IMG/VR virus record: IMGVR_UViG_3300005747_000263
Span: 10,012-74,011 of that record
Strand: one strand, 5' to 3'
Length of the DNA: 64,000 nt
Source of the DNA: a virus
Shown here: positions 57,674-64,000 of the stretch, in pieces
Numbering within the stretch: the first letter of the stretch is position 1
Layout: the number at the start of each line of letters is the position of its first letter
Made by a program: the position numbers and the translations under genes
The notes under the pieces: generated by a model
Database searches by the model: none
Told to the model about the DNA's origin: nothing
The model's input: the letters and a program-made list of their open reading frames with translations, nothing else

Positions 57674-59124
57674 TCGTCTCGGTTATCTAATTCTTGTTCG
57701 ATTGTATCAGTAGTCTTCGGTGTCGCATCTGGTGGAGATACACTTGCTACCAATAACATGTTATGTTCTTCACCCGTCCACGGGTCAGTTGCGGACGGAG
57801 TGTTGCAGTACAAGTCAATGTATTCTTCTGCAATATCAGGGAATTCATTCATGATGTTCTTCTTAGCAACATCAATTGCTTTCTTCCAGTTAATTTCATC
57901 TTGGAAATCACTAATGTCTTCGTTGAGAATGTACTTATCTACTTTCTTAGAGCCACTAGTGTCGGTCTCCATTTGAACGTAACCACTCATCATTAATCCA
58001 ATAAGGATTTTGTGTACGACTGGTTCTTTTAAATGGAAACCCGTAGCTTTGAGCGCCGCCATGATTTCATTCACAGTCATGCGGGGCTTACCGTCGCCAC
58101 TTGCGAACAGAAGCCCCTTATTCATGTCCTTAGCCTCTTTGCCGGACTTCTTGGCCCGGAGTACCTCTAAAACATTAATGCCGTTAGGAGGGATGTTAAG
58201 AACGTCTTGCAAGAACTGTTCACTATAGATTTGGTGAAGTTGCCAGCAATCTTCCGGTGTAACGAAAATCATTTGCTTCTCGACACCATCGATTTCAACT
58301 TTTCTAATGATGCGATTCCTCTTATTAAAGAATGCAACACCTTCCATTAAATCCAAGTAGTGGTCCGTGTAAGTACGAGCTACTGCAAAAGTTGACGGAA
58401 TAAAACTACTTAAGTAATCTGCCAACGGGTTAATGAATACGTACTGACTAGCATCATCTTTCAAAAGTGTTTGTAAGTGATACACTAGTGCATTAGTTTG
58501 AGTATCGTTTAGAATGTGTTTCCGTAATGGATTCACGCGGCGGTCCGCTTTACTATTAATAACTCTGCGATTTTGAACCTCGCTCATATCAGTAGTTAGA
58601 CGAGGGAAGCGACGGTCTAATTCGGCATCGGATTCATACTTATTCTCCAACGCCTTAGTGTATACAATCGCCTTACCCTTCTTGATAACGTACCGACTCG
58701 TACCTTGACCGCCATTTTCTGTACGGTCATATAAGAAGTCTTTACCTTCACCAAGGTTTTTAAGTAACTCAATGGCGAAATCTCCGGTACCAATCTTTTG
58801 TAGTTCAGGAATCATGATTAAATCGCAGTTATTGATTTGTTCAAACTTATAAATTTGAGACTTATCAGAACCACTACCCATGTCATAGATTTGTCGGTCA
58901 GTGAATACACTTTTGAATGCATCAACAATTGCCGTCTTACCACTACCTGCACCGGATACTACACCGACACACTTGCGTCGAATAATCATGAGAGCCAGCG
59001 CCATGCGAGCCTTGTAATCTCCCACGAATGATTGGTCGTCGTAATACTTACTGATATCTGCAAGGACCGGTGAATAATTATCGTAATCCAACATTAATTT
59101 TAATTTATCGTTTTTATTTACCAT
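57658..59124 (-). CDS. MCM-like AAA+ ATPase (putative replicative helicase) with C-terminal wHTH
   Basis: Walker A GAGSGKT, Walker B-like IMIPE, ELDRRF arginine finger, AR and VTPED sensor-2 region; start MVNKN after GGAGG. Confidence 0.7.
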   Translation of the reverse strand: MVNKNDKLKLMLDYDNYSPVLADISKYYDDQSFVGDYKARMALALMIIRRKCVGVVSGAGSGKTAIVDAFKSVFTDRQIYDMGSGSDKSQIYKFEQINNCDLIMIPELQKIGTGDFAIELLKNLGEGKDFLYDRTENGGQGTSRYVIKKGKAIVYTKALENKYESDAELDRRFPRLTTDMSEVQNRRVINSKADRRVNPLRKHILNDTQTNALVYHLQTLLKDDASQYVFINPLADYLSSFIPSTFAVARTYTDHYLDLMEGVAFFNKRNRIIRKVEIDGVEKQMIFVTPEDCWQLHQIYSEQFLQDVLNIPPNGINVLEVLRAKKSGKEAKDMNKGLLFASGDGKPRMTVNEIMAALKATGFHLKEPVVHKILIGLMMSGYVQMETDTSGSKKVDKYILNEDISDFQDEINWKKAIDVAKKNIMNEFPDIAEEYIDLYCNTPSATDPWTGEEHNMLLVASVSPPDATPKTTDTIEQELDNRDDWLVT

Positions 59125-59234
59125 GTGTCCTCCAATGAAAAATGATAACGAGCCCCCAACCCTGCTCGTTTGAGTAAAACAAAAACGCATCCCCTAAATC
59201 AATAGGGTCTGCTTCTTACTCCCATGTAACTGTT

Positions 59235-59450
59235 TTATTCTGTGACTTTAGCGCCCCGAAGAGCGTTAATAATTCTACGAATAAAGTTACTTAATCGCAC
59301 ACATAGTCGAGATTGAAGTTCTTCAACCATCAACATGTGTCCCTCTGCTCTACTAACCCATTCGCCGAGTAATTCGTGGGATTCCACGAGCAGTGCTTCT
59401 AGTTCTTTTTTAGTCGCCATTTTCTTCTTCCTGAATTTTCTTATCAGCAA
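59235..59450 (-). CDS. hypothetical protein
   Basis: Helical ORF; start probably MATKK. Confidence 0.5.
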   Translation of the reverse strand: MLIRKFRKKKMATKKELEALLVESHELLGEWVSRAEGHMLMVEELQSRLCVRLSNFIRRIINALRGAKVTE

Positions 59451-59685
59451 TTAATTGTTGACGATAAGAGTGAATCTTCATGAACAAATCATTCTTAGTG
59501 CTAGGCACCCAATCTTGTCCAACGCGCTCCTTATAGTCCTCAAGACCACAATCGGCGCAGTATCCTTTATGTTTCCGGGGCCAATACATACTGCCAAACA
59601 TTCCTGGCGGATATGAAATTGACTTATCGCATTTTTTACAGTTACTCATTGTTCCTCCTAAATTGTACAAGTATCGTTCGTACAA
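59410..59685 (-). CDS. Zn-finger protein
   Basis: CKKC...CADC; start probably MSNCK after GGAGG. Confidence 0.55.
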   Translation of the reverse strand: MYERYLYNLGGTMSNCKKCDKSISYPPGMFGSMYWPRKHKGYCADCGLEDYKERVGQDWVPSTKNDLFMKIHSYRQQLIADKKIQEEENGD

Positions 59686-61631
59686 AACTTCTCTTGTTCG
59701 GCATCTCCATCAAAGATAATTGGACCATCAATAATTTTACTTAGACGGTCTTCATATTCTTCCTTGGTAATTGCTTCTTCTGGCATTTGCGGGTACGCCG
59801 TACCATCAAGCGGTAAGAAAGATACTCCCTTCAAATGGTATTGGTAAAACTCTAATGCTTTAGCAATATCTTTACCTTCGCGTTCGGGGTCGAACGTGAC
59901 GGTTACACTTACTGCGTTATCACTCCAATGCTTTTGTAGCACCATTGCGAGATTTAATTGTTCCCACATGGATACATCGGCTCGACCCTTACTTACATTC
60001 TCGACATGTACGGGGAATTCAACTACTGCATCGAATTCAGCGTTCATAACGTCATCTTCGACGGGGTAATTCTTTCGCTTCAATTCTTGAAGCAAGGGGT
60101 CGGCTTTATTGATTCGCATTCTCTTAACGTAGTATTCTCCAATGGGGTAGTGAATACCTGCCGTAACACCACTAACTAAGCTGACTGAGCCAGAAGGTTT
60201 GACGGTAGTTGTTTTCTTACTGCGAGGAATAGCCATCCAGTTAGAATAAATTTCATCCCATCGTTGAATTTCATTGTATCCGAGTTCGAACCATTTAATT
60301 GAATTATTTAAACCAATCTTATCGGTCAATTGAACAATTCCACTTAAGCCTACACCGATGCGGCGATTCTTTTGCATCACTCGATTAGTTTCAATATCTT
60401 GAGTTTTTAATAGAGTAACCGTTTTACCGTAAAGGTATGCATACTTTAGTGTGCGAAGGAAGTCTTCTAGGGAATCGTGCTTGGCCGGATATACTTCGAC
60501 GAGGGTGCAGAGTTCTTTATGTTCTAAGGTTTGCTCATTGCAGGGATTCTGTCCCTTGGCGTCTTTATCCTTCCAGTCTGGGATACCATTCATGCGGCTA
60601 AACATTTTACTGTTCTCTAACCACAAGTACCCCGGTTCTCCCGTGGCGGCGGTTTGTTCTGCAACTTTAGTGTAATCGTCTCCTACGTTTACGAATACAC
60701 TATTGTTACTATAGTTACCCCATCCACCGGGACCCATACGTTCCACGTTTTCTTCCATATTCCAATTCTTAAGTGAAGTGTAATCGGTGTCGGTTAATTC
60801 GCCGAATGCAATTTCTGCAATGCGACGTTGTCCGCCACTAACAACCGCTTTACCTACAATGTTTGAAATATCAACGATTAATCTACTACTAATTGGTTCG
60901 CCAATATTTTTATTTAATTGTTGGCGAAGCGTAGTGTGTGCTTGCTCAAGGGGTCTTGGTCCGGGGGCAATTCCTCCGAACGATTTAATTGGAGCGCCGG
61001 ATGGACGAATCTTACTGTAGTCAAAGTTGACAGTGTAATGATTGGGTTTGAAGTACGAGTTAAGTAATACTTCTACGGATTCCGCCCAACCTTCTCTGGT
61101 ATCTGGGACTACAAATGTTCTAATGTCGTCTCTGGGTTTATGAATAATAATTTTACCGGCACCCTTAGTGTCGAAGCCGGGTCCAACTCCGAACATTCCC
61201 ATTTCCATTAACCAGCGGAACGGTCCGCCAAATTCTTTATCAATATCTTCAGTGCTTACGAAGCCACAATTATTGAGGGCGGCGGCTCCTTGTTTAGAAT
61301 GTACTAATGGAGTGCCCATTGCGAACAATCCACGACCCGGAGGGGTCCACTTTAAAGTGAATAGTCGGTCGAAGAATTCTTCTGCGGATTTGTGCGCCTG
61401 ATTATCGTCCCAACCCAAATGATTCTTTTCAACGTGGTCTTTTTGAATGCTGTAAACACCCTCGGTGACACGCTTAACAGTTTGCCACCATTGTTCTTTA
61501 ACGCCGTCTTCTCCCCTCAGAGAATAGGACCTTAAATATACTACTTCTCCTAATCCATTAAACCCGAATTCGGGTTTGCGGTCTTTATATTGTTCTACGA
61601 ATTCTTCTTTTAAATTGAAACTTAATGTCAT
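59658..61631 (-). CDS. nrdJ: class II (adenosylcobalamin-dependent) ribonucleotide reductase, monomeric RTPR type
   Basis: PPGRGL, NNC, GVGPGF, NPCNEQ, LCTLVE, TTVKPSG, DNAVSVT, C-terminal CxxxxC. Confidence 0.93.
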   Translation of the reverse strand: MTLSFNLKEEFVEQYKDRKPEFGFNGLGEVVYLRSYSLRGEDGVKEQWWQTVKRVTEGVYSIQKDHVEKNHLGWDDNQAHKSAEEFFDRLFTLKWTPPGRGLFAMGTPLVHSKQGAAALNNCGFVSTEDIDKEFGGPFRWLMEMGMFGVGPGFDTKGAGKIIIHKPRDDIRTFVVPDTREGWAESVEVLLNSYFKPNHYTVNFDYSKIRPSGAPIKSFGGIAPGPRPLEQAHTTLRQQLNKNIGEPISSRLIVDISNIVGKAVVSGGQRRIAEIAFGELTDTDYTSLKNWNMEENVERMGPGGWGNYSNNSVFVNVGDDYTKVAEQTAATGEPGYLWLENSKMFSRMNGIPDWKDKDAKGQNPCNEQTLEHKELCTLVEVYPAKHDSLEDFLRTLKYAYLYGKTVTLLKTQDIETNRVMQKNRRIGVGLSGIVQLTDKIGLNNSIKWFELGYNEIQRWDEIYSNWMAIPRSKKTTTVKPSGSVSLVSGVTAGIHYPIGEYYVKRMRINKADPLLQELKRKNYPVEDDVMNAEFDAVVEFPVHVENVSKGRADVSMWEQLNLAMVLQKHWSDNAVSVTVTFDPEREGKDIAKALEFYQYHLKGVSFLPLDGTAYPQMPEEAITKEEYEDRLSKIIDGPIIFDGDAEQEKFCTNDTCTI

Positions 61632-61971
61632 TTTTTTGGTCTCTCCTACCATTGGTCGTGGCAATACTTACTGTTAAAGCCATTAGTTATATGGTGTTAC
61701 TTATTAGTTTTAAACCAATGCTTAACGTCGTGTAATGCATTGCTTATTTTACTATTGGTGTTGTGTAGTCGCCCGTTAATGCAGTATTTGCAGTGTCCGT
61801 GGCGTCTATTTAGTCTTGGTTTTGGTTTACGGCCCATTATTTGTACCACACATGGGGCATACATTTGTTTCGTGCCATACTCCGCACTTACATTTACGAC
61901 TCATTCATCCTCCGGCGTCATGAGTCGAATGATTGCGCCAATGATGAGCAGTAAGGCAATGAATTCGAAAA

Positions 61972-62157
61972 TCATTCCCGTGCCTCCCCGCATATATGAC
62001 ATGGGTCGGTGTCCACTTTGACAGTGCAGTTTTGGCACACCTTGAGAGGTTTTGGTGATGCGGCCAGCAATGCGGCTTGCACCTTCGGGTAGAGGTCACG
62101 GAATTCGATGGTTCCGTGCATGTAGGCACCAACTACGTCGTCGGGTTGCCAAGTCAT
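61972..62157 (-). CDS. small Zn-ribbon protein
   Basis: CQNC...CHIC; ATGA-coupled. Confidence 0.55.
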   Translation of the reverse strand: MTWQPDDVVGAYMHGTIEFRDLYPKVQAALLAASPKPLKVCQNCTVKVDTDPCHICGEARE

Positions 62158-62489
62158 TCCCTTGCCTCCGCAACGTCGGGTTTCAGTCCTCTACGTCCAG
62201 CCTCGTATAGCAATCTGCCCCACGCAGGGGTGAAGATTTTCTTTCGGTCAATCATGTGAATTGTGTTGAGCAGATGGGCGTCAGTCATGTCTTTGATGTT
62301 GATGCAACCACCTCCTTTGATGCGCCAAGTGCAACGGTCTTCCTCATTGAATGATTTGCGGCGCTTCGGGGCGCTATCGTATTGGCCGCAGTCTCCGTCG
62401 AATTGGAGGTTGTCCCCACGTTCGTAGTGGTCTTCCTCGTAGTTATGTGGGGATGCATCCCATGCACCAAGCGTTTCAGCGGCACTCAT
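62154..62489 (-). CDS. hypothetical phage protein
   Basis: W....G..I.IKDMTD.HL.N.I.M pattern common in phage ORFs. Confidence 0.6.
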   Translation of the reverse strand: MSAAETLGAWDASPHNYEEDHYERGDNLQFDGDCGQYDSAPKRRKSFNEEDRCTWRIKGGGCINIKDMTDAHLLNTIHMIDRKKIFTPAWGRLLYEAGRRGLKPDVAEARE

Positions 62490-62746
62490 CCCCGTGGCCT
62501 CCCACCAAAGATACTAATACGCGACAAGTGCCGCAATGCTTTACGACGCATTCGTTGATTCCATTTCCCTTTTGGTTCCCAAGCAAGGATGGCTTTGTAG
62601 GCTTCGTAGACGGGTCCGGGTAAGTCGTAGCGTTCCAAGTCAGTCATTGTCATCGCTCCCAGATTATTTCCTGTATGTCGTGTCCAATGCAACTCGGGCG
62701 GTGTGCCCCACCCTCGCGACTGAAGTGGTTGCCGCATCGACTGCAT
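62486..62746 (-). CDS. hypothetical protein (start uncertain)
   Basis: Coupled to the downstream ORF. Confidence 0.4.
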   Translation of the reverse strand: MQSMRQPLQSRGWGTPPELHWTRHTGNNLGAMTMTDLERYDLPGPVYEAYKAILAWEPKGKWNQRMRRKALRHLSRISIFGGRPRG

Positions 62747-62810
62747 TTGCCGGGGATTCCCCCGATTAGTCCATGATGGATGTCATTGAGTGCTTCAATT
62801 ACCCAGTCAG

Positions 62811-63233
62811 TCATTCTTCTTCACCGCCAGCGAGGAAGTTACCCATCGGACACTTGTCTTCATGCGGCACCCCTTGATTATCGCCGTCGCAGTGGTCGCA
62901 ACCCCGCCATGCGCCTTCCGCCGAGTTTGTTGGGTGTTCATGCCAGAGTGGGTATTCAACAATCAAGGAGGAGGCTTCTGCGAGTCGAGCCTCTGCCTTC
63001 TCGGCGCGTTTCTCTTGTGCGTATGCTTCACCACTGAGGTTATCAATGACCTTCCGTAAGGTTTCTTCAACCTCGATTGCCGCTTGCTTCTCTTGGATGA
63101 GTTGCTTGATGGTGGCATGGCCCCTGCATCCATTGCACTGGCCGCAGGGCGGACCATCATACCAGCCGGGGCCCTCCTGCGTTATGCACGGTCCCGCTTT
63201 CTCGGCCAGCGCCAAGAGTTCATCGTCGTTCAT
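62811..63233 (-). CDS. coiled-coil protein with Cys/His clusters
   Basis: CGQCNGC and CDHC...H...CP flanking a coiled coil. Confidence 0.6.
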   Translation of the reverse strand: MNDDELLALAEKAGPCITQEGPGWYDGPPCGQCNGCRGHATIKQLIQEKQAAIEVEETLRKVIDNLSGEAYAQEKRAEKAEARLAEASSLIVEYPLWHEHPTNSAEGAWRGCDHCDGDNQGVPHEDKCPMGNFLAGGEEE

Positions 63234-63454
63234 TTTAGGTTCTCCTTTGCCGTGTCGAGTTTGGCGAGGACATGGTAGTGCGTTTCAGCTGATAATGACC
63301 TGCCGTTCTCATCGGTCTGGCGCATGGACTCAACTGCTTCTTCGAGTGCTTCGACGTAGGCACGAAACTCTGGGTTCAGGTTATCCCAACAAACCGGGGC
63401 TCCTGAACCACATGGTCCACAAGGGTCGCAACCAACCTCTGTATTGTCGTTCAT
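63230..63454 (-). CDS. hypothetical protein
   Basis: 74 aa, ATGA-coupled. Confidence 0.5.
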   Translation of the reverse strand: MNDNTEVGCDPCGPCGSGAPVCWDNLNPEFRAYVEALEEAVESMRQTDENGRSLSAETHYHVLAKLDTAKENLK

Positions 63455-63633
63455 TCTTCTTCCTCCGGTTCACTCGTGAAATCGAACGTGATATGAGCCA
63501 ACTCATCCAACTCGAACGTTGTACCAGATTCATCCAAGTGCCTCAAGTGGAAGCGCGGCGGCAAGATGCCATCGAATCCTCCGTCGAAGCCCGTGAATGT
63601 TTCCCCGTTGCGCGTCGTGACTGTGATGTTCAT
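63451..63633 (-). CDS. hypothetical protein
   Basis: 60 aa, ATGA-coupled. Confidence 0.5.
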   Translation of the reverse strand: MNITVTTRNGETFTGFDGGFDGILPPRFHLRHLDESGTTFELDELAHITFDFTSEPEEEE

Positions 63634-63986
63634 GGTTCCTCCCTGTCAATGAATACTTTGAGCCAGTAGCTAGCAATGTCTTTGTCAATATCGTCACAAT
63701 CTACGAAATCAATCATTTCAATGCCGCTACGCACTAGGTCAGCGATTCGTGCGCCAGTCAATGACTTCTCCATAAGGAAATACGTTAAGGCAAGTTCCCA
63801 TGTTGGATTGGGAGATTCGACTTGTTTTCCTCCGTGGTAATTCCATATGCCTTTATCATCTAAGACGTAACCGTGCCGTTGTAGTGCTTCTTTGATGCGT
63901 TCAATGCGAGTGGTCATGTCACAACCCCACGGGCAATAAATCCAACCAAAAATCCCATTGCCAGGAATATGAAGGGGATGGGCCAC
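63630..63986 (-). CDS. hypothetical protein (start uncertain)
   Basis: Probably starts MTTRIE; coupled to the downstream ORF. Confidence 0.45.
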   Translation of the reverse strand: MAHPLHIPGNGIFGWIYCPWGCDMTTRIERIKEALQRHGYVLDDKGIWNYHGGKQVESPNPTWELALTYFLMEKSLTGARIADLVRSGIEMIDFVDCDDIDKDIASYWLKVFIDREEP

Positions 63987-64000
63987 GGGGCTTCTGGCAG

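Noticed and set aside
10623-61631. Inteins or introns in TerL, PolB, helicase or RNR
   Set aside because: Lengths are normal and no C...HN splice motifs or LAGLIDADG blocks were seen
1-64000. Stop-codon reassignment or a suppressor tRNA
   Set aside because: Core genes are intact in the standard code, all three stops are used, and the tRNA with anticodon UAA reads Leu UUA

Overview
This window is most of the genome of a tailed (HK97-fold, Caudoviricetes-type) dsDNA virus that very probably infects an archaeon. Supporting features are an Hjc resolvase, family B polymerase, AEP primase with a PriL-like Cys tail, an MCM-like AAA+ ATPase, TATA-type promoters, pyrimidine-tract terminators, GGTGA/GGAG Shine-Dalgarno sites and a tRNA without encoded CCA. 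Layout: 1-9.2 kb holds minus-strand small orphan genes, tRNA-Leu(UAA) and long non-coding stretches. 5.5-9.6 kb is a repeat-rich control or terminus region. 9.6-47.3 kb is the plus-strand packaging, head, neck, siphovirus-like tail and fibre module. 47.6-64 kb is the minus-strand replication and nucleotide-metabolism module (primase, PolB, Cas4-like nuclease, Hjc, MCM-like ATPase, class II RNR) followed by small ORFs. The strongest candidate for an undescribed system is 3.4-5.4 kb (minus strand). It has two long, ORF-poor, densely base-paired putative ncRNAs (about 860 and 530 nt, with G-U wobbles in the helices checked favouring the minus strand). They flank a small, possibly PC4-like nucleic-acid-binding gene and end in a degenerate tRNA-like element. 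Other notable items: a 28-bp array whose internal palindromes covary, dispersed helically phased ~100-bp elements resembling strong gyrase sites, two genes that need a +1 shift at UUU_C, a duplicated tail chaperone in place of the usual frameshift, and nested LamG domains. All calls come from reading motifs by eye; no searches or folding programs were run.
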